Shown: positions 29,642-39,620, numbered from the stretch's first letter. The stretch is 64,000 bases of DNA from an uncultured delta proteobacterium (GCA_963706575.1 CAVPNL010000004.1:384001-448000); one strand, 5' to 3'. Program-made: numbers and translations. The notes: generated from the sequence alone by a model not told the origin.

Positions 29642-29851
29642 ACCTAAGTTGAGCGATTGTCGAGGTTGCCGCAGCTACAAGGAAGATGTCGTTGCGCTAT
29701 AGCTGACTATGCGGGACGGCATCTGACGCGGTAGATGCGGTAAGATCGGCAATCCCGCAGGGTTTCAAATTTTAAAAATATCAATCGACAGAATTCCTTG
29801 AATATAAGACAAAATGATCCATTTTAAAAATTTGAAACGCTCAATTTAGGT
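29642..29851. mobile_element. 210-bp MITE-like element
   Basis: Terminal IR acctaagttgagcg / cgctcaatttaggt (1 mismatch in 14) plus internal IR gtttcaaattttaaaaat / attttaaaaatttgaaac. Confidence 0.6.
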
Positions 29852-29896
29852 AAAAGAAAGTAGGCACAGAACTGGATAGTCGACTAAATGTTTAGA

Positions 29897-29906
29897 TGTA
29901 TATACA
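29897..29906. promoter_or_regulatory. Putative HutC/GntR operator
   Basis: Perfect palindrome TGTATATACA in the divergent region upstream of the GntR gene; fits the HutC-type TGTA-N2-TACA pattern. Confidence 0.5.
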
Positions 29907-30018
29907 ATAAATCGGATATGCATTGCAACCTAATTTTTTAAATAAATGGGACTTGACAATGAAGTTTTTAAAGTAAGTTTAATACTTAACCAAATGCGGA
30001 AATCGGTGAGGAAAAACA

Positions 30019-31794
30019 ATGACCATCTGGCTGGTGACCCTTATTTTAGTTGTGGCGATGCTTTTGTTGATAACCGAGAAGCTACCGGTGGATCTGACTT
30101 CAATCGGTATCATCGTCGTATTGACAGGCAGCGGAATTTTAGCACCAACCGAAGCCATCGCGGGCTTTGCGAACCCGGCGGTCATAACTGTTGGTGCTAT
30201 GTTTCTGATCAGCAAAGGCATGATCCGCACCGGGGCCGTCGCATTTATCAGTCAAAAAGTAATTGAGTATTCCCGCGGCAGACCGACCCTGGCCATATTT
30301 TTAATCCTGGCCATCGTGGGTACGGCTTCGGCCTTTATTAACAACACCCCCGTTGTGGTTCTGTTTATCCCTATTATTTTAAGTCTCAGCTGCGAACTGG
30401 ATTTCAGCCCGTCCAAATTTTTGATCCCGGTTTCCTATGCTTCCATTTTGGCCGGCACCTGTACGTTGATCGGGACTTCGACCAATATCATTATCAGTGA
30501 TTTGAGTGCCGCACACGGCTTCGGGCCTTTGGGCATGTTTGAGCTTTCACCGCTGGGCCTGCCCATCGCCCTGCTGGGTATATTTTTCCTGATTTTTGCT
30601 GCACCGAAACTGATGCCGAGTATGCACAATCCGGCCTGTGAGCTCAAGGATTCGGAGCATCGGCGTTACCTTGCCGAATTCCAGGTCCCGCGCGAAAGCC
30701 CCATCATCGGTGAAAACCCGAATTCCTACTTTACCGGAAAGTACCCCAGCATGGAAGTACTCGAATTGATCCGGTATTCGCATGTTTTTTATCCGGACCG
30801 GGATCCGGTAAAAATCGCACCCGATGACCTGCTGCTGGTGAAAGGTTCGGCCAATGACCTGGTTGAAATTCTCAACGAAGATGCTGTGGATCTGCCCATG
30901 GCGGAAAAAGATATAAATTTCGCGGCCGAACAAAAGGAATCGCTGATCGTTGAGCTGATCATACCGCCGCAGTCAAGGCTTTTGGGTGAGCGGCTGGTGG
31001 CAAGCCGCCTGCAGCGGGATCCGGATATCCATATCATCGCTATTAAGCGCAGGGAGCTTCATTATGCCGAGCCAAAAGTCAAAGACATCCGGTTAAAAAT
31101 CGGCGACATCCTTCTGGTTCGTCTACCGGAATCATCGGTGGAACGACTGCGCGGCGAGACGGATTTCATCATCGTCGAAGACGTCCATCATGAAATTGTG
31201 CACAAAAGACTGGCGCGACGCGCGTTCCTGATTTTCGGGGCGATGATTGTGACTGCCAGCACCGGGATGGCGGATATTTTAACTTGTGCCATGGCAGCTG
31301 CCTTTCTGATGCTTTTAAGCGGATGCCTGCAGTTGCGAGACGCCTATCGGGCCATGGACGGCCGGGTTCTTTTAATTATTATTGCCATGATTGCACTGAG
31401 TGCCGCGCTGGAAAAAACAGGCGCCTCCGAACTTTATGCCGGCGCATTTCTCAGCCTGCTCAAGGGGCTCAGTCCGGCTTATGTCCTGAGCGGGGTCATT
31501 TTGCTGACCAGCATCAGCACGCATGTATTAAGCAACAACGCCACCGCGATTCTGCTGCTGCCCATTGCGATTTCGGCCGCCCAGGGTATGGGGGTCGACC
31601 CCAAACCGTTTATCATTGCGGTTTGCTTTGGCGCCAGCGCCTGTTTTGCAACACCGATCGGTTATCAAACGAATTTGCTGGTGTATGGTCCCGGCGGGTA
31701 CCGCTTCAACGATTACTTCAAACTGGGAATGCCGCTGAATTTGCTTGTTTTGGTGATGGGTTCCCTTTTCATCCCAATGATCTGGTCATTTTAA
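30019..31794 (+). CDS. SLC13/CitMHS-type permease with TrkA-C domains
   Basis: SAFINNT, GTCTLIGTSTN, central TrkA-C repeats, LSNNAT, TPIGYQTNLLVYGPGGY. Confidence 0.88.
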   Translation: MTIWLVTLILVVAMLLLITEKLPVDLTSIGIIVVLTGSGILAPTEAIAGFANPAVITVGAMFLISKGMIRTGAVAFISQKVIEYSRGRPTLAIFLILAIVGTASAFINNTPVVVLFIPIILSLSCELDFSPSKFLIPVSYASILAGTCTLIGTSTNIIISDLSAAHGFGPLGMFELSPLGLPIALLGIFFLIFAAPKLMPSMHNPACELKDSEHRRYLAEFQVPRESPIIGENPNSYFTGKYPSMEVLELIRYSHVFYPDRDPVKIAPDDLLLVKGSANDLVEILNEDAVDLPMAEKDINFAAEQKESLIVELIIPPQSRLLGERLVASRLQRDPDIHIIAIKRRELHYAEPKVKDIRLKIGDILLVRLPESSVERLRGETDFIIVEDVHHEIVHKRLARRAFLIFGAMIVTASTGMADILTCAMAAAFLMLLSGCLQLRDAYRAMDGRVLLIIIAMIALSAALEKTGASELYAGAFLSLLKGLSPAYVLSGVILLTSISTHVLSNNATAILLLPIAISAAQGMGVDPKPFIIAVCFGASACFATPIGYQTNLLVYGPGGYRFNDYFKLGMPLNLLVLVMGSLFIPMIWSF

Positions 31795-31820
31795 AATTTT
31801 CAAGAATGATAGGGCGAAAT

Positions 31821-32774
31821 TTAAACCGCAACACCGTATTCCTCATTCATGAACTTCAGATTCCCGATTGCATTTTCATATTTGACCTTGCCGTAATTGT
31901 AATAGTCGAATTCGATTTTTGAGATATTGAGTTGAATCAGACTCCATAAAAACCAGTAAATGTCCGGGAATGGTTTAAACAGATCGATAAGATATAGCAC
32001 ATGATCGAATTTGTAACCGTCGCAATAGGCTTCAACAATCTGTATTTCAGCTTTGCGCGGGACCAGGATTTCCTGAAACATGTCCGCAATATCATAATAC
32101 TTGGGTGCCATGCCGGCATACTCCCAATCGATGATATACATGGGCAGCTCGTATTTGTGCAGCGCATCTTCTCTAATGAGTATGAAATTGTCGGCCAGCA
32201 GATCGTTGTGGCAGGGGGCATATTCAGATTCGGGGATGTTGATAATACTCGACAGTTTGATAAGGCGATCGATGGTGCCCGCAATGTCAAATTCCGGATA
32301 GTCCACCTTGAGCCCCCTGAGGATGGCTGACATCTTCATCACTTCCACCAGGGGATTAAAAATTTTTTCCAAATTTACGCCGCTGGTGTGAATTTTGCGG
32401 ATCGGGTCAACGATTTTGGGATACAGCGCTTTGTCCAGAAAGTGATCGTTTGTCAAAACAATGGCATCATCGATGAATTCAACAATGGTAACGCCTTTCT
32501 CAGGCATATATTTGATCATATTGGAGGATACGCCGACTTTTGACATTTCCCGGATCGCCTGGGCCTCATAGTCGCGGTTGATAAAAAGATCGGTTTTATC
32601 CCCGTAGATCCGAACGGTGTAATCGCCTTTTTCAGACTGAACCCGGTACAGTTTATTGGTTATTCCGCCGCTTAGCTGTGTGATATGGACATCAAGGCCT
32701 TTCCATTCCGGCAAAAGTTCATAACAGGCTTCCCGGGTGAATTCCTGATCCAAAAGGCGCGTTGCCGAGCACAT
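31821..32774 (-). CDS. Choline/ethanolamine kinase (LicA-like), second family member
   Basis: LSGGITN, VRIYG...INR..E, PCHNDLLADNF, IIDWEYAG. Confidence 0.88.
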   Translation of the reverse strand: MCSATRLLDQEFTREACYELLPEWKGLDVHITQLSGGITNKLYRVQSEKGDYTVRIYGDKTDLFINRDYEAQAIREMSKVGVSSNMIKYMPEKGVTIVEFIDDAIVLTNDHFLDKALYPKIVDPIRKIHTSGVNLEKIFNPLVEVMKMSAILRGLKVDYPEFDIAGTIDRLIKLSSIINIPESEYAPCHNDLLADNFILIREDALHKYELPMYIIDWEYAGMAPKYYDIADMFQEILVPRKAEIQIVEAYCDGYKFDHVLYLIDLFKPFPDIYWFLWSLIQLNISKIEFDYYNYGKVKYENAIGNLKFMNEEYGVAV

Positions 32775-33174
32775 GTCGATTCCCCTCCTTTTTTTGGTCT
32801 AAAACAGTTCAACCGTCAGTTGCCGGTTTACACTCAATGCCGTTTACTTAAACGCGAAAAATATAACGGAGAAATGCACTGAGTCAATCTCTTTTTTAGT
32901 TGTTGTTTCTGTCTTTACAGATGAGCGCCGTCCGAAGGGACGCTGCTGGCAGGGAGATCACAAAGGTTCGTCCGTATATCTGATATCCGGCGCCAACACA
33001 TAAAACTTGACAGCACTTTATTCAACGATGTAGGTAAACAGAATCAACAAAAAGAAACAGACCTGGGAGGCGATGAACCAGCGCCGTAGCGCCTAGTGTA
33101 ACACGCTTAAACTGTTGCATTTTTATCGATTTGAGTGGAGGTTAACCCAAACACCATGAAAGGAGCCCAGTAGA

Positions 33175-34224
33175 ATGAAAAGACGCGATTTTCTAAAAAA
33201 AGCAGGTGTGGGAGCCGCTGCCGTGGCAGCCACAACGGTAAACGCACCCTTTGTGCATGCGGCCAAGAAAACGACCATCAAGTGGCGGATGCAAACGTAT
33301 GCCGGCCCTGCCCTATCTGCGCATGTCTGCAAACCGGCAATCGATGCCTTTAACAAGGTCGCCGATGGCGAGATGGTGATCGAATTGTACAATTCTGATC
33401 AGCTGGTGCCCACGGGTGAGCTGTTTAGAGCCATGCAGAAGGGGACCATTGACGCCGTCCAGAGTGATGATGACTCCATTGCGGCACCCGTAGACGTGTC
33501 CATTTTTGGTGCTTACTTCCCGTTTGCGTCACGCTACTCGCTGGATGTTCCCGCACTATTTAACTGGTATGGGCTGAACGAAATCTGGCAGGAAGCCTTC
33601 GCTGAAGTAAAAGGCGTCACCTGGCTGAGTGCCGGGGCCTGGGATCCCTGCAATTTCGCCAGCACCAAACCGATCCGACACCTTGCAGATCTCAAGGGAC
33701 TGAGAATGTTTATGTTTCCCACCGGCGGCCGGTTCATGCAACAATTCGGCGTCATCCCGGTGGCCCTGCCCTGGGAGGACATTGAGATGGCGGTTCAAAC
33801 GGGTGAACTGGATGGGGTTGCCTGGTCCGGCATCACCGAGGATTATACGGTCGGATGGGCGGATGTCACCAAATATTATCTGACCAACCCCATCTCCGGT
33901 GCCTGGGCGGGTTCGTATTATGCGAACTCCGATTCATGGAACGCCCTGCCGGAGCGCCTGAAGACGTTGTTCCGTCTTCAAATGGACAGTTCCCACTACT
34001 ATCGGCAACACTGGTACTGGTGGGGTGAGGCGCACTACCGCACCAAAGGTGGTAAATTAGAACTTACCTCCATCCCCGCAGAGGAGTGGAAACAGGTGGA
34101 AGATGCGGCTCTCAAATTCTGGGACGAGACTGCCAAAAAGAGCCCCAGGAGTGCCAAGGTCGTAAAAATACTCAAAGAGTACGCCCAAACCATGAAAGAC
34201 GCCGGTCCTCCCTACCGGTACTAA
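33175..34224 (+). CDS. dctP: TRAP transporter substrate-binding protein with Tat signal
   Basis: MKRRDFLKK, WRMQT, DLKGLR, QTGELDG; the canonical carboxylate-binding Arg position reads F (GLRMFMF). Confidence 0.85.
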   Translation: MKRRDFLKKAGVGAAAVAATTVNAPFVHAAKKTTIKWRMQTYAGPALSAHVCKPAIDAFNKVADGEMVIELYNSDQLVPTGELFRAMQKGTIDAVQSDDDSIAAPVDVSIFGAYFPFASRYSLDVPALFNWYGLNEIWQEAFAEVKGVTWLSAGAWDPCNFASTKPIRHLADLKGLRMFMFPTGGRFMQQFGVIPVALPWEDIEMAVQTGELDGVAWSGITEDYTVGWADVTKYYLTNPISGAWAGSYYANSDSWNALPERLKTLFRLQMDSSHYYRQHWYWWGEAHYRTKGGKLELTSIPAEEWKQVEDAALKFWDETAKKSPRSAKVVKILKEYAQTMKDAGPPYRY

Positions 34225-34253
34225 TGAATTGGGCATCAGCATTTATGATCGCA

Positions 34254-34309
34254 TAGCGGTGGCCTTCCCTGGCTGCAAAATAGAACCGGTCAGGGAAGGT
34301 AGACCGCTA
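34254..34309 (+). terminator. Stem-loop after dctP
   Basis: tagcggtggccttccctggc...gtcagggaaggtagaccgcta. Confidence 0.55.
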
Positions 34310-34517
34310 AAACCCCGGATTAAAACTTCATTGAGCGATTTATTACCAAGAGAAGTGCCGAGATATTGATGCCTTAGGATCCACGAAAACGCTATATCCG
34401 CATTTGGCGGATTTAGGGTTGGGCGCGAATCACTTCTGCATCATGGATTCGGTGCAGATCGTGTAAAAAATCGCTTGATTCAATTATGGGTAAAGGGACT
34501 TAAGGAAAGGGGCAACG

Positions 34518-35030
34518 ATGCCTAAAGCAGTTAAAACCTTCGTGCGCGCTGTTGAGAAAACGAACAAAATTGTAGGCAAGTTCTCCATGTATCTGGTCTT
34601 CGCTATGATGGGGATCCTGCTCTACGAACCGGTTGCCCGAAACCTCTTCGGTAAGTCAAGCATATGGGCGGTTGAGATGGCGCAATTCACGATGGCCGCT
34701 TATTACCTGCTTGGCGGTGGATACTCCATGATTCTCAAAGGGCATGTTAGAATGGATCTGCTCTATGGCCGGTGGTCGGACAGGAAAAAGGCTTTTGTTG
34801 ACGCTATTACCTGCCTTTTCTTAATCTTCTACCTGGTGTTTCTCCTGGTCGGCGCCTATTCCAGCATTGAATACGCTGTCATGTACGGGCAAAGAAATCG
34901 ATCCGCATGGGCACCCTATATGGCGCCCATCAAGATTATTATGGGGACCGGCGTTCTGCTGATGCTGTTGCAGGCGATGGCAACATTTTTCAAGGATCTG
35001 GCAAAGGCGAGAGGAGAAGATATAACATGA
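34518..35030 (+). CDS. dctQ: TRAP small permease
   Basis: Four TM segments, HVRMDLLY motif. Confidence 0.88.
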   Translation: MPKAVKTFVRAVEKTNKIVGKFSMYLVFAMMGILLYEPVARNLFGKSSIWAVEMAQFTMAAYYLLGGGYSMILKGHVRMDLLYGRWSDRKKAFVDAITCLFLIFYLVFLLVGAYSSIEYAVMYGQRNRSAWAPYMAPIKIIMGTGVLLMLLQAMATFFKDLAKARGEDIT

Positions 35031-36352
35031 GCTATGAAATGATTGCGATACTGATATTCAGTTCGATGATGCTCATGCTTCTCACCGGGCAGCGTGTCTT
35101 TGGTGCCATTGGTGGGGTCGCCACTATTTTCGCCCTGATGCTTTGGGGCAAAGGTGCTGCGGAGATGCCCTTTAACTCGGCCTTTGCCTTACTGAACTGG
35201 TATCCGCTGCTAACCCTGCCGTTATTCGTCTATATGGGGTATATGTTTTCCGAGTCGGGAATCGCAAGTGACCTCTACAAAATGTTCCATGTCTGGATGG
35301 GGTCGGTCAAAGGTGGATTAGCCATCGGAACGATGGGGCTCATGGTCGCCGTATCCGCTATGAACGGGTTAAGTGTCGCCGGCATGGCGATTGGTGCGAG
35401 TCTGGCTTTACCGGAAATGCTCAAGCGAAAATATGACAAGGTCATGGTCACCGGCGTCATCCAGGCGGGCAGTTCCCTGGGCATTATGGTCCCGCCCAGC
35501 GTGGTGCTCGTTCTCTATGGCATGATCGCCAGGCAACCTGTCGGCCAGCTATGGCTGGCCGGTGTCTTCCCGGGCCTCCTGCTGGCCGGCTTGTTTATTT
35601 TATACATCGCGATCAGATGCAAACTGCAGCCCCACTTGGGTCCATCGTTATCCAAGCAAGAGCTGGCGACCATAACCTGGGGGCAGAAGTTGCGATTGCT
35701 CAGGGCCGGGGTAGTCCCGCTTGTCATTATTTTTTCCATGACTGGGCTTTTCCTGCTGGGGATTACTAGTCTGGTCCAGTGTTCGGCGGCAGGTGCATTA
35801 GCAACCACCCTTGCCGCTCTCGCCAAAGGCCGGTTAAGCAGGAAGGTGCTGGATGAGACCTTAAAGAGTACGCTGAGCGTTAGCTGCATGTTCATGTGGG
35901 TGATTCTGGCGGCGCTCTGTTTTGGTGCGGTCTTTGACGGTCTGGGTGCGGTGCATGCGATAAAGTCCCTATTTATCGAAAGGTGGGGTCTCAGTCCATT
36001 CGGGATACTCGTGATGATGCAGTTGTCCTACATCCTGATGGGCATGTTTCTGGACGATACGGCCATGCTCATCATTGTCGCCCCCCTTTATGTTCCCCTG
36101 GTAATCAGCCTGGGTTATAACCCGATCTGGTACGGTGTTCTCTACACCATCACCTGTCAGATTGCCTACATGACGCCTCCTTTCGGCTATAACCTTTTTC
36201 TGATGAAGGCTATGGCGCCACCGGAGGTATCGCTGGGGGATATCTACCGCTCGATCGTACCCTTTGTACTGGTTATGCTTGTCGGTTTAATCATTGTCAT
36301 GCTGTTTCCCGGGATTGCCCTTTGGTTGCCCAATTTATATTTCGGGAGATGA
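35027..36352 (+). CDS. dctM: TRAP large permease
   Basis: ATGA overlap with dctQ; PLFVYMG, GGLA, LGIMVPPS, TPPFGYNLF. Confidence 0.9.
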   Translation: MSYEMIAILIFSSMMLMLLTGQRVFGAIGGVATIFALMLWGKGAAEMPFNSAFALLNWYPLLTLPLFVYMGYMFSESGIASDLYKMFHVWMGSVKGGLAIGTMGLMVAVSAMNGLSVAGMAIGASLALPEMLKRKYDKVMVTGVIQAGSSLGIMVPPSVVLVLYGMIARQPVGQLWLAGVFPGLLLAGLFILYIAIRCKLQPHLGPSLSKQELATITWGQKLRLLRAGVVPLVIIFSMTGLFLLGITSLVQCSAAGALATTLAALAKGRLSRKVLDETLKSTLSVSCMFMWVILAALCFGAVFDGLGAVHAIKSLFIERWGLSPFGILVMMQLSYILMGMFLDDTAMLIIVAPLYVPLVISLGYNPIWYGVLYTITCQIAYMTPPFGYNLFLMKAMAPPEVSLGDIYRSIVPFVLVMLVGLIIVMLFPGIALWLPNLYFGR

Positions 36353-36598
36353 AGTCAGTAAATGGTGATCAAGCGCAAGGGGTCTTTTTTGTCCTTAGCC
36401 CTATCAATGGCATTTATTTTTTTAAAAAATTTAGATAATTGGCTTGCTTTTGACCTATGGATAGATTAATCTGTAAACATTCAATAAAGCCCCGTCTTTA
36501 ACTGACGGGCAATTTCTTTCTGAAGGAACAATTACATTTTCCAATGTGAAGTCCTCCAGTTTGAGATTATGAAAATATTAAAGAAGGAGGATATTCAC

Positions 36599-36799
36599 AT
36601 GGCAGAGGGAACAGTTAAATGGTTTAGTGACCGCAAGGGTTTCGGTTTTATTGAGCAGGAAGACGGACCGGATGTGTTTGTTCATCATTCAGCAATCAAT
36701 GCAGAAGGTTTTAAATCTCTCAATGAAGGCGACCGCGTTACTTTTGACATCGAGCAAGGGCAAAAAGGTCCTGCCGCTGCAAATGTGACTGTAGTTTAA
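36599..36799 (+). CDS. cspA: Cold-shock protein
   Basis: GTVKWF, KGFGFI (RNP1), DVFVHHS (RNP2); RBS aggagg before ATG 36599. Confidence 0.95.
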   Translation: MAEGTVKWFSDRKGFGFIEQEDGPDVFVHHSAINAEGFKSLNEGDRVTFDIEQGQKGPAAANVTVV

Positions 36800-36816
36800 C
36801 TTTCGTTTCAGAATAT

Positions 36817-36856
36817 AAAGGGCATCCTTCGATTAGAGAGGGATGCCCTTTTGTTT
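36817..36856 (+). terminator. Intrinsic terminator after csp
   Basis: aaagggcatcc...ggatgccctttt followed by a T-rich tail. Confidence 0.75.
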
Positions 36857-36970
36857 CCTTTGAATTCGTATCTGTCCGATCCGACATTACAAGACCTTAA
36901 GCCCTAAAAAAATCCTGTCCGAATTCCTTTTCATCACCATCAAGACTAACGACCTGCGAGGTAACACAAT

Positions 36971-37156
36971 ATGGCGAAATCACATTTTTCATTTAAAAAG
37001 CGCCAGAAAGAATTGGCAAGGAAAAAAAAACAAGAGGAAAAAAGACAACGCAAACTGGCTAAAAACACTGACATATCAGAGGAGGCTTCCGAGGAGACTT
37101 CAGAGCAGCCTGAAGAACAGTCTCAAGATCAGCCTCTGGATGCAAAAATTGATTGA
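36971..37156 (+). CDS. Small hypothetical protein, basic N-half and acidic C-half
   Basis: 61 aa with RBS gaggt; FSFKKRQKELARKKKQEEKRQRK. Confidence 0.65.
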   Translation: MAKSHFSFKKRQKELARKKKQEEKRQRKLAKNTDISEEASEETSEQPEEQSQDQPLDAKID

Positions 37157-37169
37157 ACCATAAGGGGGA

Positions 37170-38084
37170 ATGTTGTTTCAAGCTTTAGCGGGAGCAGTTC
37201 GGGGCAGTTTATCCCTGATTTTGTATGTTTTGAACACGGTATTCTGGTGCATACCGTTGTTTGTGATGGCGGCCGCCAAGGCGGCGGTTCCTTCGGAATC
37301 CTGGATGCGAAAATGCAGCCGGATGCTAAACGCCATTGCCGAAAACTGGATCTGGGTCAACAACCAAAACCAGAAACTGGTCGGAAATACGGGTTGGGAC
37401 GTTCAAGGTATGGAGACGATGGAACGGTCCGGATGGTATCTGGTTCTGGCCAATCACCAATCCTGGGTGGATATCCTGGTGCTTCAGCGGATATTTCATC
37501 GCAAAATCCCGTTTTTGAAGTTTTTTATTAAAAAAGAGCTTTTGTGGCTTCCAATGCTGGGCCAGGCATGGTGGGCGATGGATTTTCCGTTTGTAAAAAG
37601 ATACACGAAAAGCGATCTCCAAAAAAAACCGCACTTAAAAGGCAAAGATTTAGAAATAACGCGCAAAGCCTGTCAGAAGTTTAAAACAATCCCGGTTTCT
37701 ATTATGAATTTTGTGGAAGGTACCCGTTTCACAAATGAGAAGCATCACAAGCAGCAATCACCCTTTCCTCACCTACTTAAACCAAAGGCCGGCGGTATTG
37801 CGTTGGTGCTCAGCTCCATGGGAGAACAAATTCAGCGCGTACTGGATGTTACCATCGTGTATCCCGACGGCGTCACAAACTTTTGGGCACTTCTCTGTGG
37901 TAAAATCCGCAAGATTAAGGTTCGCGTGCGATCACTGCCGGTGAACGCTGAGCTGCTCGGTGATTATGCCAATGATGGGCACTTTCGGGCCGGGCTGCAG
38001 GATTGGCTGAACAACATATGGGCAGAAAAAAACCGAATCATCGAAGAGATGATGACTTCAGGAACGATGCTTTCCGGCAGATAA
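37170..38084 (+). CDS. Acyltransferase (PlsC/YihG family)
   Basis: NHQSWVD, KFFIKKEL, NFVEGTRF, LLKPKAGG, DVTIVY. Confidence 0.9.
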   Translation: MLFQALAGAVRGSLSLILYVLNTVFWCIPLFVMAAAKAAVPSESWMRKCSRMLNAIAENWIWVNNQNQKLVGNTGWDVQGMETMERSGWYLVLANHQSWVDILVLQRIFHRKIPFLKFFIKKELLWLPMLGQAWWAMDFPFVKRYTKSDLQKKPHLKGKDLEITRKACQKFKTIPVSIMNFVEGTRFTNEKHHKQQSPFPHLLKPKAGGIALVLSSMGEQIQRVLDVTIVYPDGVTNFWALLCGKIRKIKVRVRSLPVNAELLGDYANDGHFRAGLQDWLNNIWAEKNRIIEEMMTSGTMLSGR

Positions 38085-38154
38085 ATATCAAATCAGTTTC
38101 TCAAAGAAATACGATTCCCCACCGAAAAAATCAAATAGAGAATAACTGACAGAA

Positions 38155-39432
38155 CTAGCGCTTATTGATCGGAACAAACTGGGTTTGGGTCGGACCGGTG
38201 TATATCTGACGGGGACGACCGAGTTTCCAGTTGGGATCATCCAGACTTTCTTTCCATTGCGCGATCCAGCCCGGCAGCCTGCCGATGGCGAACATTACCG
38301 TAAACATGTTGGTGGGGATACCGATGGCCCGCAGGACAATGCCGCTGTAAAAATCGACATTGGGATACAGATTGTGCTCAACGAAATAATCATCTTTTCT
38401 GGCAACCACTTCCAGCTCCTTGGCGATATCCAGCAGCGGATCGGATATATCTAATTTGTTTAATAATGAGTCGCACATTTTTTTCATAATCTTGGCCCGC
38501 GGGTCATAGGTTTTGTAAACCCGGTGACCGAACCCCATCAAGCGGAAGGGGTCTTTTTTATCCTTGGCTCTTTCAATGGCTTGCGCCATATTCTTTTTTT
38601 GGGCGATATCGCTGAGCATCTCAATAACAGCCTGATTGGCCCCGCCGTGCAACGGGCCCCACAGCGCGGCGATGCCGGCCGAAATGGCGGCATAAAGGTT
38701 AACCCGGGCACTTCCCACCAGGCGCACCGCCGATGTCGAGCAGTTTTGTTCATGATCGGCATGTAAAATCCAGAACACGCGCAAAGCGTTGACGACATCA
38801 TTATCAATCTCGTAAGGTTTGACCGGCGAATCAAACATCATATTTAAAAAATTGGCGCAGTAAGCCAGATCGGGCCTCGGGTACACTACCTTGTGGCCCC
38901 TTGAAATTTTATAAGATATCGCCGCCAGCGTTCTAATCTTGGACAGCAGGCGGGTTACGGTCATATTAATCTCTTCTTCCAGATTATGAAGTTCAGGGTA
39001 AAAGCTTCTCAGGGCATTGACCATCGACGACAGAATCCCCATGGGATGGGAAGAGCGTGGAAAGTTTTCATAAAAGGCCCGCATATCTTCGTGCACCAGG
39101 GAGTTGTCATTGAGCAGTACCGAAAAACGCGTCAACTCTTCGCGATCGGGCAATCTGCCATGGATCAAAAGATAAACGGTCTCTTTAAAGGTGGCCTTCT
39201 CGGCCAGCTCTTCAACCGGGATACCGCGATACCTCAAAATCCCCTTTTCCCCATCCATAAAGGTAATTGCACTGGCGCAGCTGCCGGTATTGGCATAGCC
39301 GGGGTCCAGTGTGATAAAACCGGTGCTTGCGCGCAGCTGCGAAATATCGATGGCCTTCTCTCCTTCTGAGCCCTCGACAAGCGGAAGTTCATATTCTTTA
39401 CCGTCATAAACCAATTTTATTGTATCTGACAT
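38155..39432 (-). CDS. gltA: Citrate synthase (type II)
   Basis: HADHEQNCST, GPLHGGAN, MGFGHRVYK, YPNVDFYSG. Confidence 0.95.
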   Translation of the reverse strand: MSDTIKLVYDGKEYELPLVEGSEGEKAIDISQLRASTGFITLDPGYANTGSCASAITFMDGEKGILRYRGIPVEELAEKATFKETVYLLIHGRLPDREELTRFSVLLNDNSLVHEDMRAFYENFPRSSHPMGILSSMVNALRSFYPELHNLEEEINMTVTRLLSKIRTLAAISYKISRGHKVVYPRPDLAYCANFLNMMFDSPVKPYEIDNDVVNALRVFWILHADHEQNCSTSAVRLVGSARVNLYAAISAGIAALWGPLHGGANQAVIEMLSDIAQKKNMAQAIERAKDKKDPFRLMGFGHRVYKTYDPRAKIMKKMCDSLLNKLDISDPLLDIAKELEVVARKDDYFVEHNLYPNVDFYSGIVLRAIGIPTNMFTVMFAIGRLPGWIAQWKESLDDPNWKLGRPRQIYTGPTQTQFVPINKR

Positions 39433-39620
39433 CGCTGCTCTCACTTTCAATTACAAAAGGATTTGTGAAGTAACCGATATGCGATTGATTCGTTTTGTTC
39501 TCTTAGTGCAAAATCTCCAGACGCCACTTCTAAGAAAATAAGCTCTATCTGTCAATTCTTAACTGATTTTATCCAGGATCGTTTACTTGTCAAGTTCTGT
39601 GTGGTAAAAAGCTCAAATCT

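Noticed and set aside
32915..33110. Possible glycine or other riboswitch upstream of dctP
   Set aside because: Only a small hairpin (cgtcc-gaag-ggacg); the conserved aptamer motifs are absent.
34907..35026. N-terminal extension of dctM in the ORF track
   Set aside because: It overlaps dctQ; ATG 35027 with RBS gaggag and ATGA coupling is more plausible.
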